DNA of 64,000 bases, taken from Escherichia phage JoYop. Within the stretch, counting starts at the first letter, position 1. Every line of letters begins with the position of its first letter. A program made the position numbers and the translations under genes. The stretch lies in the sequence record OR769032.1; one strand, written 5' to 3'. Positions 46,345-58,358 of this stretch are shown here, one piece after another. The notes under the pieces are model-generated. The model made no database searches and was not told the DNA's origin. It saw nothing but the letters and a program-made list of their open reading frames with translations.

Positions 46345-48055
46345 TAACCTTAATTGGTTTGTTGGTGTTGTTGAAGATAGAATGGACCCATTAAAATTAG
46401 GCCGTGTTCGTGTTCGTGTAGTTGGTTTGCATCCACCTCAACGAGCGCAAGGTGATGTAATGGGTATTCCAACCGATAAATTACCATGGATGTCAGTTAT
46501 TCAACCTATAACTTCGGCAGCTATGTCTGGAATTGGAGGTTCTGTTACTGGACCAGTAGAAGGAACTAGAGTTTATGGTCATTTTTTAGACAAATGGAAA
46601 ACTAACGGAATTGTCCTTGGCACGTATGGTGGAATAGTTCGTGAGAAACCTAATAAACTTGAAGGATTTTCTGATCCAACTGGGCAATATCCTAGACGTT
46701 TAGGAAATGATACGAACGTATTAAACCAAGGCGGAGAAGTAGGATATGATTCCTCTTCTAACATTATCCAAGATAGCAACTTAGACACTGCAATAAATCC
46801 AGATGATAGACCACTATCAGAGATTCCAACTGATGATAATCCAAATATGTCAATGGCTGAAATGCTTCGCCGTGATGAAGGATTAAGACTAAAAGTTTAC
46901 TGGGATACTGAAGGATATCCAACAATTGGTATTGGTCATCTTATCATGAAGCAACCAGTTCGTGATATGACTCAAATTAATAAAGTTTTATCAAAACAAG
47001 TTGGTCGTGAAATTACTGGAAATCCTGGTTCCATTACAATGGAAGAAGCGGTAGCTTTATTTGAACGTGATTTGGCTGATATGCAACGCGACATTAAATC
47101 ACATTCTAAAGTAGGACCGGTTTGGAAAGCTGTCAACCGTTCTCGCCAAATGGCATTAGAAAATATGGCATTTCAAATGGGTGTTGGCGGTGTAGCTAAA
47201 TTTAACACAATGCTAACTGCCATGTTAGCAGGGGATTGGGAAAAAGCATATAAAGCCGGTCGTGATTCATTGTGGTATCAACAAACAAAGGGTCGTGCAT
47301 CCCGTGTTACTATGATTATTCTTACGGGAAATTTGGAATCATACGGTATTGAAGTTAAAACTCCAGCTAGGTCTTTGTCGGCAATGGCTGCTACTGTGGC
47401 GAAGTCTTCTGATCCAGCTGACCCTCCTATTCCAAATGACTCGAGAATTTTATTCAAAGAACCAGTTTCTTCGTATAAAGGCGAATATCCTTATGTGCAT
47501 ACAATGGAAACTGAGAGCGGTCATATCCAAGAATTTGATGATACTCCCGGGCAAGAACGATATAGATTAGTTCATCCTACGGGAACTTATGAAGAAGTAT
47601 CACCGTCAGGAAGAAGAACAAGAAAAACTGTCGATAATTTGTATGACATAACAAATGCTGATGGTAACTTTTTGGTAGCCGGTGATAAAAAGACTAACGT
47701 CGGTGGTTCAGAAATTTATTACAACATGGATAATCGTCTTCACCAAATAGATGGAAGCAATACAATATTTGTGCGTGGCGATGAAACTAAGACGGTTGAA
47801 GGTAATGGAACTATCCTAGTTAAAGGTAATGTTACTATTGTAGTTGAAGGTAATGCTGACATTACAGTTAAAGGAGATGCTACCACTTTAGTTGAAGGAA
47901 ATCAAACTAATACAGTAAATGGAAATCTTTCTTGGAAAGTTGCTGGGACAGTTGATTGGGATGTTGGTGGCGATTGGACAGAAAAAATGGCATCTATGAG
48001 TTCTATTTCATCTGGTCAATACACAATTGATGGATCGAGGATTGACATTGGCTAA
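46328..48055 (+). CDS. 5: Baseplate central spike / tail lysozyme gp5
   Basis: 575 aa; MEMISNNLNWFVGVVEDRMDPLKLGRVRVRVVGLHPPQRAQG N-terminus, central lysozyme domain (EGLRLKVYWDTEGYPTIGIGHL), C-terminal VxGxxxxx beta-helix repeats. Confidence 0.95.
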   Translation: MEMISNNLNWFVGVVEDRMDPLKLGRVRVRVVGLHPPQRAQGDVMGIPTDKLPWMSVIQPITSAAMSGIGGSVTGPVEGTRVYGHFLDKWKTNGIVLGTYGGIVREKPNKLEGFSDPTGQYPRRLGNDTNVLNQGGEVGYDSSSNIIQDSNLDTAINPDDRPLSEIPTDDNPNMSMAEMLRRDEGLRLKVYWDTEGYPTIGIGHLIMKQPVRDMTQINKVLSKQVGREITGNPGSITMEEAVALFERDLADMQRDIKSHSKVGPVWKAVNRSRQMALENMAFQMGVGGVAKFNTMLTAMLAGDWEKAYKAGRDSLWYQQTKGRASRVTMIILTGNLESYGIEVKTPARSLSAMAATVAKSSDPADPPIPNDSRILFKEPVSSYKGEYPYVHTMETESGHIQEFDDTPGQERYRLVHPTGTYEEVSPSGRRTRKTVDNLYDITNADGNFLVAGDKKTNVGGSEIYYNMDNRLHQIDGSNTIFVRGDETKTVEGNGTILVKGNVTIVVEGNADITVKGDATTLVEGNQTNTVNGNLSWKVAGTVDWDVGGDWTEKMASMSSISSGQYTIDGSRIDIG

Positions 48056-48065
48056 TATAATTCCA

Positions 48066-48584
48066 ATGAGCACTGATTTAGGGGAATCCATGGAAGGTTC
48101 TTCTATCGACGTCACCTTTACTGCTCAATTAGAAACAGGTGAAACGTTAGTATCTATAAATATAACTAGTTACGAAGAAACTCCGGGAGTTTCAGTAGAA
48201 GAAAACCGCTTATATGGAACGTATGAATCTGTATTTGGTTTTGGAAGTGACGCATTAAAATATCGTTTAGGCGATGAATTTAAAACTGCTTCTTCATGGG
48301 AAGAACTTCCAACTGATTCTAATACTCAGTTGTATTTATGGAAAGCTCCCCAAAACCTCCAGAAGACATTCACATATGAAGTAACATTAATATATGACTA
48401 TCAAGAACAAAGTGAATCTGGAGGTTCTGGCAGTAATTCTAGGTCATCTTCTGATACTACTGAACCGACAGACCCTCCTGCTCCAGTAAGAAAAACTCTT
48501 GTTAAAAATTATACTAAAACTATAGTTGGAAATTGGAGTCGTTGGGCTAATAAATTAAGAAGCTATGTGTATGAGAGGCCATAA
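48066..48584 (+). CDS. 5.1: hypothetical protein gp5.1-like
   Basis: ORF after gene 5; start moved to first ATG after gene 5 stop. Confidence 0.55.
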
Positions 48585-48878
48585 ATGTCAGGATTAAGTT
48601 ATGATAAATGTGTTACTGCTGGTCATGAAGCATGGCCTCCAACAGTTGTGAATGCTACACAGAGTAAAGTATTCACTGGAGGAATTGCTGTTCTCGTAGC
48701 AGGCGATCCAATTACAGAACATACAGAAATCAAAAAGCCATATGAAACACATGGCGGAGTGACACAACCTAGAACATCTAAGGTATATGTCACGGGAAAG
48801 AAAGCTGTTCAAATGGCTGATCCAATATCATGCGGCGATACTGTGGCTCAGGCATCATCTAAAGTATTCATTAAATAG
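48585..48878 (+). CDS. 5.4: PAAR-repeat spike tip protein gp5.4
   Basis: 97 aa, Gly/Val-rich with Cys/His pairs; size and position of T4 gp5.4. Confidence 0.75.
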
Positions 48879-48886
48879 GATTTAAA

Positions 48887-50869
48887 ATGGCAAATACCCC
48901 TGTAAATTATCAATTAACAAGAACAGCAAATGCTATTCCCGAGATATTCGTCGGGGGTACATTTGCTGAAATAAAACAAAACCTGATTGAATGGCTTAAT
49001 GGCCAAAATGAGTTTTTGGATTATGATTTTGAAGGCTCAAGATTAAACGTTCTGTGTGACCTTTTGGCTTATAATACATTATACATTCAGCAGTTTGGTA
49101 ATGCTGCTGTGTATGAAAGCTTCATGCGTACTGCTAACTTACGAAGTTCAGTTGTTCAGGCTGCACAAGATAACGGATATTTACCTACTTCAAAATCAGC
49201 TGCACAGACTGAAATTATGTTAACATGTACAGACGCATTGAATAGAAACTATATCACCATTCCACGTGGCACTCGTTTTTTAGCATATGCAAAAGACACT
49301 TCCGTTAATCCATATAACTTCGTTTCTACCGAAGACGTTATTGCTATTCGTGATAAAAATAACCAATATTTTCCACGTTTAAAACTTGCTCAGGGACGTA
49401 TAGTAAGAACCGAAATCATTTATGATAAATTGACACCTATTATCATTTATGATAAAAATATTGATAGAAACCAAGTTAAATTATATGTTGATGGAGCGGA
49501 ATGGATCAACTGGACAAGAAAATCAATGGTTCATGCTGGTTCTACATCAACAATTTACTACATGCGTGAAACTATTGATGGAAATACTGAATTTTATTTT
49601 GGTGAAGGTGAGATTTCCGTTAATGCGGCAGAAGGAGCTCTAACTGCTAACTATATTGGAGGTCTTAAACCTACTCAGAACTCAACTATCGTTATTGAAT
49701 ATATCAGTACTAATGGTGCAGATGCGAATGGCGCAGTCGGATTTTCATATGCAGATACATTGACAAATATAACTGTCATCAATATTAATGAAAATCCAAA
49801 TGATGACCCAGATTTTGTTGGTGCTGATGGCGGTGGTGATCCAGAAGATATTGAACGTATTCGTGAATTGGGTACTATTAAGCGTGAAACTCAGCAGCGA
49901 TGCGTAACTGCGACAGATTATGATACATTTGTCTCAGAAAGATTTGGTTCTATTATTCAAGCTGTCCAGACTTTCACTGATTCTACTAAACCTGGTTATG
50001 CATTTATTGCTGCTAAACCAAAATCAGGACTGTATTTGACTACTGTACAACGTGAAGATATTAAAAATTATCTCAAAGATTATAATTTAGCACCTATTAC
50101 ACCATCAATTATTTCTCCTAATTATCTTTTCATTAAGACTAATTTAAAAGTCACATATGCTTTAAATAAGCTGCAAGAATCTGAACAGTGGCTTGAAGGT
50201 CAAATAATTGATAAAATTGATCGCTATTATACTGAAGATGTAGAAATTTTTAACTCATCTTTCGCTAAGTCTAAGATGTTAACTTATGTAGATGATGCAG
50301 ATCATTCTATCATTGGTTCATCAGCGACTATTCAAATGGTTCGTGAAGTACAAAACTTCTATAAAACGCCTGAAGCTGGTATTAAATACAATAATCAAAT
50401 AAAAGACCGTTCTATGGAATCTAATACGTTTTCATTTAATTCTGGACGAAAAGTTGTAAATCCTGATACTGGTTTAGAAGAAGATGTATTATACGATGTT
50501 CGTATAGTATCAACAGACCGAGATTCTAAAGGAATTGGTAAAGTTATTATCGGTCCATTTGCTTCTGGCGATGTTACAGAAAATGAAAATATTCAGCCAT
50601 ACACAGGAAATGATTTTAACAAATTAGCAAACTCCACAGGACGCGACAAATACTATGTTATTGGTGAAATAAACTATCCAGCTGACACAATTTACTGGAA
50701 TATCGCTAAAATTAATTTAACATCTGAAAAATTTGAAGTTCAGACTATTGAATTATATTCTGACCCAACAGATGATGTTATCTTTACTCGCGATGGTTCA
50801 CTGATTGTATTTGAAAATGACTTACGTCCACAATACTTAACTATCGATTTGGAGCCTATATCACAATGA
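48887..50869 (+). CDS. 6: Baseplate wedge protein gp6
   Basis: 660 aa; size and order match T4 gp6. Confidence 0.85.
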   Translation: MANTPVNYQLTRTANAIPEIFVGGTFAEIKQNLIEWLNGQNEFLDYDFEGSRLNVLCDLLAYNTLYIQQFGNAAVYESFMRTANLRSSVVQAAQDNGYLPTSKSAAQTEIMLTCTDALNRNYITIPRGTRFLAYAKDTSVNPYNFVSTEDVIAIRDKNNQYFPRLKLAQGRIVRTEIIYDKLTPIIIYDKNIDRNQVKLYVDGAEWINWTRKSMVHAGSTSTIYYMRETIDGNTEFYFGEGEISVNAAEGALTANYIGGLKPTQNSTIVIEYISTNGADANGAVGFSYADTLTNITVININENPNDDPDFVGADGGGDPEDIERIRELGTIKRETQQRCVTATDYDTFVSERFGSIIQAVQTFTDSTKPGYAFIAAKPKSGLYLTTVQREDIKNYLKDYNLAPITPSIISPNYLFIKTNLKVTYALNKLQESEQWLEGQIIDKIDRYYTEDVEIFNSSFAKSKMLTYVDDADHSIIGSSATIQMVREVQNFYKTPEAGIKYNNQIKDRSMESNTFSFNSGRKVVNPDTGLEEDVLYDVRIVSTDRDSKGIGKVIIGPFASGDVTENENIQPYTGNDFNKLANSTGRDKYYVIGEINYPADTIYWNIAKINLTSEKFEVQTIELYSDPTDDVIFTRDGSLIVFENDLRPQYLTIDLEPISQ

Positions 50870-53800
50870 CAGTAAAAGCACCTTCAGTCACTAGTCTCAG
50901 AATTTCCAAGTTATCCGCAAATCAGGTGCAAGTACGCTGGGATGACGTTGGTGCTAATTTCTACTATTTTGTAGAAATCGCTGAGACAAAAACAGACTCG
51001 GGGGAAAATCTCCCGAGCGATCAATATCGTTGGATTAATTTAGGATATACAGCAAATAATAGTTTCTTTTTTGATGACGCTGATCCACTTACATCGTATG
51101 TTATTAGAGTAGCTACGGCGGCTCAAGATTTTGAGCAGTCTGACTGGATTTATACTGAAGAGTTTGAAACTTTTGCTACGAATGCTTACACATTTCAAAA
51201 TATGATTGAAATGCAATTAGCTAATAAATTCATTCAGGAAAAGTTCACTCTTAATAATTCTGATTATGTTAATTTTAATAATGACACCATAATGGCTGCA
51301 TTGATGAATGAATCGTTCCAATTCAGCCCATCGTATGTTGATGTCTCATCAATCAGTAATTTTATTATTGGCGAAAATGAGTATCATGAAATACAAGGTT
51401 CTATTCAGCAAGTATGTAAGGATATTAACCGAGTTTATTTGATGGAATCGGAAGGTATTCTATATCTTTTTGAGCGCTATCAACCCGTAGTTAAAGTATC
51501 TAATGATAAAGGACAAACCTGGAAAGCTGTAAAGCTCTTCAATGACCGTGTAGGGTATCCTTTATCTAAGACTGTATATTACCAATCTGCAAACACAACA
51601 TACGTTCTAGGATACGACAAGATTTTCTATGGCCGTAAATCGACTGACGTTAGATGGTCAGCAGATGATGTCAGATTCAGTTCACAGGATATAACATTTG
51701 CTAAATTAGGAGACCAACTTCATTTAGGATTCGATGTTGAAATCTTCGCTACTTATGCTACTTTACCAGCGAATGTATATCGTATAGCTGAGGCTATTAC
51801 TTGCACGGATGATTATATCTATGTTGTTGCCAGAGATAAAGTTAGATACATAAAAACGAGTAATGCACCCATAGATTCTGATCCATTATCTCCAACATAC
51901 TCGGAAAGACTTTTTGAACCTGACACAATGACTATAACCGGAAATCCTAAAGCAGTATGCTATAAAATGGATTCTGTCGGTGATAAAGTTTTTGCTCTTA
52001 TTATTGGTGAAGTTGAAACATTAAATGCCAATCCTAGAACATCAAAAATAATTGATTCCGCTGATAAAGGAATATATGTTTTAAACCATGATACGAAAAC
52101 ATGGAAAAGAGTTTTTGGTAATACCGAAGAAGAGAGAAGACGTATTCAACCTGGATATGCGAATATGTCAACTGATGGTAAATTAGTTTCTCTGTCTTCA
52201 AGTAATTTTAAATTTTTAAGTGATAACGTTGTTAATGACCCTGAAACTGCGGCAAAATATCAGTTAATTGGTGCTGTTAAATATGAATTTCCTCGCGAAT
52301 GGTTAGCTGATAAACATTATCACATGATGGCGTTTATAGCGGATGAAAAATCTGATTGGGAGACTTTTACTCCTCAGCCGATGAAATACTACGCAGAACC
52401 ATTCTTTAACTGGTCTAAAAAATCTAACACACGCTGTTGGATAAACAACTCTGATAGAGCTGTAGTAGTTTATGCGGATTTAAAATACACCAAAGTTATA
52501 GAAAATATTCCGGAAACATCACCAGATAGATTAGTACATGAATACTGGGATGATGGCGATTGCACTATAGTAATGCCAAATGTTAAATTCACTGGATTTA
52601 AAAAATATGCATCTGGGATGCTTTTCTATAAAGCCTCTGGCGAAATAATTTCTTATTATGATTTTAACTATCGTGTGAGAGATACAGTAGAAATTATTTG
52701 GAAGCCAACCGGGGTATTTTTAAAAGCGTTTTTACAAAATCAGGAGCATGAAACTCCTTGGTCACCGGAAGAAGAGCATGGATTAGCTGACCCTGATTTA
52801 AGACCATTAATTGGCACAATGATGCCTGATTCTTATTTGTTACAGGATTCGAATTTTGAGGCATTTTGCGAAGCATATATTCAATATCTTTCTGATGGAT
52901 ACGGAACTCAGTATAATAATTTGCGAAATTTAATTCGTAATCAGTATCCACGAGAAGAGCATGCATGGGAATATTTGTGGTCAGAGATATATAAAAGAAA
53001 CATTTATTTAAATGCTGACAAACGCGATGCTGTTGCAAGATTCTTTGAATCACGTAGTTATGATTTTTATTCTACTAAAGGAATTGAAGCATCATACAAA
53101 TTTCTTTTTAAAGTTCTTTATAATGAAGAAGTTGAAATTGAAATTGAATCGGGAGCAGGTACTGAATATGATGTAATCATTCAATCTGATTCTCTTACAG
53201 AAGATTTAGTAGGACAGACTATCTATACTGCAACCGGAAGATGCAATGTTACTTATATAGAAAGAAGTTATTCTAATGGTAAATTGCAATGGACTGTGAC
53301 TATACATAATCTTTTGGGGCGTTTAATAGCAGGACAAGAAGTTAAAGCAGAAAGACTTCCGGGATTTGAAGGCGAAATTATTCGTGGTGTTAAAGGAAAG
53401 GATTTGCTTCAAAATAATATAGACTATATTAATAGAAGTCGGTCATACTACGTAATGAAAATTAAATCCAATTTACCTTCTTCCCGCTGGAAATCTGACG
53501 TTATTCGTTTTGTTCACCCAGTAGGATTTGGATTTATAGCAATTACACTTTTAACTATGTTTATTAATGTCGGTTTAACTCTTAAACATACAGAGACAAT
53601 AATTAATAAATATAAAAACTACAAATGGGATTCTGGATTGCCTACTGAATATGCTGATAGAGTAGCTAAATTAACTCCTACCGGTGAAATTGAACACGAT
53701 TCAGTAACAGGCGAAGCAATTTATGAACCTGGTCCAATGGCTGGTGTAAAATATCCTCTTCCTGATGACTATAATGCTGAAAATAATAATTCAATGTTTC

Positions 53801-53964
53801 AAGGTCAATTGCCGTCTGAACGACGTAAATTAATGAGTCCTCTATTTGATGCATCTGGAACAACATTTGCGCAATTTAGAGATTTAGTTAATAAACGTCT
53901 AAAAGATAATATAGGAAATCCAAGAGACCCTGAAAATCCAACACAGGTTAAAATAGATGAATGA
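50866..53964 (+). CDS. 7: Baseplate wedge protein gp7
   Basis: 1032 aa; size and order match T4 gp7. Confidence 0.85.
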   Translation: MTVKAPSVTSLRISKLSANQVQVRWDDVGANFYYFVEIAETKTDSGENLPSDQYRWINLGYTANNSFFFDDADPLTSYVIRVATAAQDFEQSDWIYTEEFETFATNAYTFQNMIEMQLANKFIQEKFTLNNSDYVNFNNDTIMAALMNESFQFSPSYVDVSSISNFIIGENEYHEIQGSIQQVCKDINRVYLMESEGILYLFERYQPVVKVSNDKGQTWKAVKLFNDRVGYPLSKTVYYQSANTTYVLGYDKIFYGRKSTDVRWSADDVRFSSQDITFAKLGDQLHLGFDVEIFATYATLPANVYRIAEAITCTDDYIYVVARDKVRYIKTSNAPIDSDPLSPTYSERLFEPDTMTITGNPKAVCYKMDSVGDKVFALIIGEVETLNANPRTSKIIDSADKGIYVLNHDTKTWKRVFGNTEEERRRIQPGYANMSTDGKLVSLSSSNFKFLSDNVVNDPETAAKYQLIGAVKYEFPREWLADKHYHMMAFIADEKSDWETFTPQPMKYYAEPFFNWSKKSNTRCWINNSDRAVVVYADLKYTKVIENIPETSPDRLVHEYWDDGDCTIVMPNVKFTGFKKYASGMLFYKASGEIISYYDFNYRVRDTVEIIWKPTGVFLKAFLQNQEHETPWSPEEEHGLADPDLRPLIGTMMPDSYLLQDSNFEAFCEAYIQYLSDGYGTQYNNLRNLIRNQYPREEHAWEYLWSEIYKRNIYLNADKRDAVARFFESRSYDFYSTKGIEASYKFLFKVLYNEEVEIEIESGAGTEYDVIIQSDSLTEDLVGQTIYTATGRCNVTYIERSYSNGKLQWTVTIHNLLGRLIAGQEVKAERLPGFEGEIIRGVKGKDLLQNNIDYINRSRSYYVMKIKSNLPSSRWKSDVIRFVHPVGFGFIAITLLTMFINVGLTLKHTETIINKYKNYKWDSGLPTEYADRVAKLTPTGEIEHDSVTGEAIYEPGPMAGVKYPLPDDYNAENNNSMFQGQLPSERRKLMSPLFDASGTTFAQFRDLVNKRLKDNIGNPRDPENPTQVKIDE

Positions 53965-54961
53965 TTCAAGTGTTATCTATCGTGCGATAGTTACTTCAAA
54001 ATTTAGAACAGAAAAAATGTTGAATTTTTATAATTCAATTGGAAGTGGTCCGGATAAAAACACTATCTTTATCACATTTGGAAGATCAGAACCGTGGTCA
54101 TCAAATGAAAATGAGGCGGGCTTTGCCCCGCCTTATCCCACTGATTCTGTATTAGGTGTAACTGATATGTGGACGCATATGATGGGAACTGTAAAGGTTC
54201 TTCCATCGATGCTCGATGCAGTTATTCCTCGTCGAGATTGGGGAGATACTAGATATCCGGATCCATACACGTTTAGAATTAATGATATTGTAGTGTGTAA
54301 CTCAGCTCCTTACAATGCTACTGAATCAGGCGCGGGTTGGTTAGTGTATCGCTGTTTAGATGTTCCTGATACTGGAATGTGCTCAATAGCATCTTTAACT
54401 AATAAGGATGAATGTCTTAAATTAGGTGGAAAATGGACACCTTCTGTTAGGTCAATGACTCCTCCTGAAGGTCGAGGAGATGCTGAAGGAACAATTGAAC
54501 CCGGAGACGGATATGTGTGGGAATATCTTTTTGAGATTCCGCCTGATGTATCTATAAATAGATGCACGAATGAATATATCGTGGTTCCTTGGCCTGAGGA
54601 ATTAAAAGAAAACCCGACTAGATGGGGATATGAAGATAATCTCACTTGGCAACAAGACGATTTTGGATTAATTTATCGTGTTAAAGCTAATACAATTCGC
54701 TTTAAAGCATATTTAGACTCAGTTTATTTTCCTGAAGCTGCACTGCCAGGAAATAAAGGGTTTAGACAAATATCGATAATTACAAATCCTCTTGAAGCCA
54801 AAGCTCATCCAAATGATCCAAACGTTAAAGCTGAAAAGGACTATTATGATCCGGAAGATTTAATGAGGCATTCCGGCGAAATGATTTATATGGAAAATAG
54901 GCCACCTATTATTATGGCAATGGATCAAACAGAAGAAATCAATATTCTGTTTACATTTTAA
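53957..54961 (+). CDS. 8: Baseplate wedge protein gp8
   Basis: 334 aa MNDSSVIYRAIVTSKFRTEKMLNFYNSIGSG... recognised as T4 gp8. Confidence 0.9.
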   Translation: MNDSSVIYRAIVTSKFRTEKMLNFYNSIGSGPDKNTIFITFGRSEPWSSNENEAGFAPPYPTDSVLGVTDMWTHMMGTVKVLPSMLDAVIPRRDWGDTRYPDPYTFRINDIVVCNSAPYNATESGAGWLVYRCLDVPDTGMCSIASLTNKDECLKLGGKWTPSVRSMTPPEGRGDAEGTIEPGDGYVWEYLFEIPPDVSINRCTNEYIVVPWPEELKENPTRWGYEDNLTWQQDDFGLIYRVKANTIRFKAYLDSVYFPEAALPGNKGFRQISIITNPLEAKAHPNDPNVKAEKDYYDPEDLMRHSGEMIYMENRPPIIMAMDQTEEINILFTF

Positions 54962-54966
54962 ATTGA

Positions 54967-54984
54967 GGGAGCCCATGGGCTCCC
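54967..54984 (+). terminator. intrinsic terminator after gene 8
   Basis: GGGAGCCC-ATGGGCTCCC hairpin followed by TTTTTC. Confidence 0.55.
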
Positions 54985-54992
54985 TTTTTCTT

Positions 54993-55000
54993 TATAAATA
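54993..55000 (+). promoter_or_regulatory. late promoter (TATAAATA) for gene 9
   Basis: TATAAATA about 25 nt upstream of gene 9 ATG. Confidence 0.55.
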
Positions 55001-55024
55001 CTATAAACTCATAAGGAAACCGCT

Positions 55025-55891
55025 ATGTTCATTCAAGAACCAAAGAAATTGATTGATACCGGCGAAATTGGTAACGCTTCTACTGGTGATATCTTATTCG
55101 ACGGTGGTAATAAAATTAATAGTGATTTTAACGCAATTTATAATGCGTTTGGCGATCAACGCAAAATGGCAGTAGCAAACGGTACTGGCGCTGATGGCCA
55201 AATTATCCATGCTACTGGATATTATCAAAAACACACTATCGCAGAGTATGCAACTCCTGTAAAAGTTGGTACTAGGCATGATATTGATACTTCTACCGTA
55301 GGCGTAAAAGTTATTATTGAAAGAGGAGAACTTGGTGATTGTGTTGAATTTATTAACTCTAATGGATCAATATCAGTTACTAATCCTTTAACTATTCAAG
55401 CCATTGATTCAATTAAAGGCGTTTCAGGTAATTTAGTAGTAACTAGTCCATATAGTAAAGTTACTTTGCGTTGTATTTCATCTGATAATTCAACTTCAGT
55501 TTGGAATTATTCTATTGAAAGCATGTTTGGTCAAAAGGAATCACCAGCTGAAGGTACATGGAATATTTCTACATCTGGATCAGTTGACATTCCATTATTT
55601 CACCGTACTGAATACAATATGGCTAAATTGTTAGTTACGTGCCAATCAGTAGATGGAAGAAAAATTAAAACGGCAGAAATAAATATTCTTGTGGATACTG
55701 TTAATTCAGAAGTTATTTCTTCTGAGTATGCTGTCATGCGGGTTGGGAATGAAACAGAAGAAGACGAAATCGCTAATATTGCATTTAGTATTAAAGAAAA
55801 TTATGTAACGGCGACTATAAGTTCTTCAACTGTCGGTATGAGAGCAGCAGTTAAAGTTATCGCTACGCAGAAAATCGGGGTGGCTCAATAA
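55025..55891 (+). CDS. 9: Baseplate long-tail-fiber attachment protein gp9
   Basis: 288 aa; size and order match T4 gp9. Confidence 0.85.
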   Translation: MFIQEPKKLIDTGEIGNASTGDILFDGGNKINSDFNAIYNAFGDQRKMAVANGTGADGQIIHATGYYQKHTIAEYATPVKVGTRHDIDTSTVGVKVIIERGELGDCVEFINSNGSISVTNPLTIQAIDSIKGVSGNLVVTSPYSKVTLRCISSDNSTSVWNYSIESMFGQKESPAEGTWNISTSGSVDIPLFHRTEYNMAKLLVTCQSVDGRKIKTAEINILVDTVNSEVISSEYAVMRVGNETEEDEIANIAFSIKENYVTATISSSTVGMRAAVKVIATQKIGVAQ

Positions 55892-57699
55892 TGAAACAAA
55901 ATATTAATATCGGTAATGTTGTAGATGATGGTACCGGTGACTACCTGCGTAAAGGTGGTATAAAAATAAATGAAAACTTTGATGAGCTTTATTACGAGCT
56001 CGGTGATGGAGATGTTCCATATTCAGCTGGTGCCTGGAAAACTTATGATGCTTCATCTGGGCAAACACTAAAAGCTGAATGGGGAAAATCATACGCTATT
56101 AATACCTCTTCTGGAAGAGTGACTATAAATCTTCCAAAAGGAACAGTTAATGATTACAACAAGGTAATTAGAGCTAGAGACGTATTTGCTACATGGAACA
56201 TCAACCCAGTTACTTTAGTAGCTGCTTCCGGTGATACGATTAAAGGGTCTGCAGTACCAGTTGAAATTAATGTTCAATTTAGTGATTTAGAACTGGTGTA
56301 TTGTGCTCCAGGTCGTTGGGAATATGTCAAAAATAAGCAAATTGATAAAATTACTAGTTCAGACATTAGTAATGTAGCTCGTAAAGAATTTTTAGTCGAA
56401 GTTCAAGGACAAACAGACTTTTTAGATGTTTTCCGTGGAACTAGCTATAATGTAAATAACATCAGAGTAAAACATCGTGGTAACGAATTGTATTACGGCG
56501 ATGTATTTAGTGAAAATAGTGATTTTGGCTCTCCTGGCGAAAATGAAGGCGAATTAGTTCCTCTCGATGGATTTAATATTCGATTAAGACAGCCTTGTAA
56601 TATTGGTGACACCGTTCAAATTGAAACATTTATGGATGGTGTATCGCAGTGGAGAAGTTCATATACAAGACGTCAAATTAGATTGTTAGATTCAAAATTG
56701 ACGTCAAAAACTTCTTTAGAAGGAAGTATTTACGTTACTGATTTATCAACAATGAAATCAATTCCATTTTCAGCTTTTGGACTAATTCCAGGTGAACCTA
56801 TTAATCCTAACTCTCTTGAGGTTCGTTTTAATGGAATTTTACAAGAATTGGCTGGAACAGTTGGAATGCCGTTATTTCATTGTGTTGGTGCCGATTCAGA
56901 CGATGAAGTAGAATGTTCTGTTTTAGGTGGAACTTGGGAACAATCTCATACCGATTATTCAATTGAAACTGATGAAAACGGCATACCAGAAACATTGCAC
57001 TTCGATAGAGTATTTGAGCATGGTGACATTATCAATATCACCTGGTTTAATAATGATTTAGGTACATTATTAACAAAAGACGAGATTATTGATGAAACTG
57101 ATAATCTTTATGTATCTCAAGGACCGGGAGTAGACATTTCTGGTGACGTAAATTTAACGGACTTCGATAAAATTGGTTGGCCAAATGTAGAAGCAGTTCA
57201 ATCTTATCAACGTGAATTTAATGCTGTTTCAAATATTTTCGATACGATTTATCCTATCGGAACTATATATGAAAATGCTGTTAATCCAAATAACCCTGTT
57301 ACATATATGGGATTCGGCTCGTGGAAATTATTTGGGCAAGGAAAAGTTTTAGTTGGATGGAATGAAGATATTTCGGATCCTAACTTTGCTTTAAATAACA
57401 ATGATTTAGATTCGGGTGGAAATCCTTCGCATACTGCAGGCGGAACAGGCGGTTCTACTTCTGTTACATTGGAAAATGCTAATCTTCCTGCAACTGAGAC
57501 AGATGAAGAAGTTCTAATAGTTGATGAAAATGGATCAGTCATTGTTGGTGGATGTCAATACGATCCAGATGAGTCTGGTCCAGTTTACACGAAATATCGT
57601 GAAGCTAAAGCATCTACTAACTCTACTCACACTCCGCCAACATCAATAACTAACATTCAACCATATATTACAGTTTATCGTTGGATAAGGATTGCATAA
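55891..57699 (+). CDS. 10: Baseplate wedge / short tail fiber attachment protein gp10
   Basis: 602 aa; size and order match T4 gp10. Confidence 0.85.
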   Translation: MKQNINIGNVVDDGTGDYLRKGGIKINENFDELYYELGDGDVPYSAGAWKTYDASSGQTLKAEWGKSYAINTSSGRVTINLPKGTVNDYNKVIRARDVFATWNINPVTLVAASGDTIKGSAVPVEINVQFSDLELVYCAPGRWEYVKNKQIDKITSSDISNVARKEFLVEVQGQTDFLDVFRGTSYNVNNIRVKHRGNELYYGDVFSENSDFGSPGENEGELVPLDGFNIRLRQPCNIGDTVQIETFMDGVSQWRSSYTRRQIRLLDSKLTSKTSLEGSIYVTDLSTMKSIPFSAFGLIPGEPINPNSLEVRFNGILQELAGTVGMPLFHCVGADSDDEVECSVLGGTWEQSHTDYSIETDENGIPETLHFDRVFEHGDIINITWFNNDLGTLLTKDEIIDETDNLYVSQGPGVDISGDVNLTDFDKIGWPNVEAVQSYQREFNAVSNIFDTIYPIGTIYENAVNPNNPVTYMGFGSWKLFGQGKVLVGWNEDISDPNFALNNNDLDSGGNPSHTAGGTGGSTSVTLENANLPATETDEEVLIVDENGSVIVGGCQYDPDESGPVYTKYREAKASTNSTHTPPTSITNIQPYITVYRWIRIA

Positions 57700-58358
57700 T
57701 GAGTTTACTTAATAACAAAGCGGGAGTTATTTCCCGCTTAGCCGATTTTCTTGGTTTTAGACCTAAAACTGGTGATATTGATGTAATGAATCGTCAATCA
57801 GTTGGGTCAGTGACAATTTCTCAATTAGCGAAAGGATTCTATGAACCGAACGTAGAATCAGCTATTAATGATGTTCATAATTTTTCTATAAAAGACGTTG
57901 GTACAATTATTACTAATAAAACCGGTGTTTCGCCTGAGGGTGTTTCTCAAACTGATTATTGGGCATTTTCGGGAACGGTAACAGACGATTCGCTTCCTCC
58001 TGGTTCTCCTGTTACTGTATTAGTATTTGGACTTCCAGTTTCAGCTACAACCGGAATGACAGCAATTGAGTTTGTTGCTAAAGTCCGTGTTGCATTACAA
58101 GAAGCTATTGCGTCATTTACTGCTATCAATTCATATAAAGACCATCCAACAGATGGTAGTAAATTAGAAGTTACTTATTTAGATAATCAAAAACATGTAT
58201 TAAGCACATATTCTACATATGGAATAACTATTTCGCAGGAAATTATTTCTGAGTCTAAGCCTGGATATGGCACGTGGAATTTGCTTGGTGCGCAAACTGT
58301 AACTTTAGATAATCAGCAGACTCCTACAGTATTTTATCATTTTGAGAGAACAGCATGA
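57699..58358 (+). CDS. 11: Baseplate wedge protein gp11
   Basis: From ATG at 57699: [29 protein letters not shown]... recognised as T4 gp11. Confidence 0.9.
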   Translation: MSLLNNKAGVISRLADFLGFRPKTGDIDVMNRQSVGSVTISQLAKGFYEPNVESAINDVHNFSIKDVGTIITNKTGVSPEGVSQTDYWAFSGTVTDDSLPPGSPVTVLVFGLPVSATTGMTAIEFVAKVRVALQEAIASFTAINSYKDHPTDGSKLEVTYLDNQKHVLSTYSTYGITISQEIISESKPGYGTWNLLGAQTVTLDNQQTPTVFYHFERTA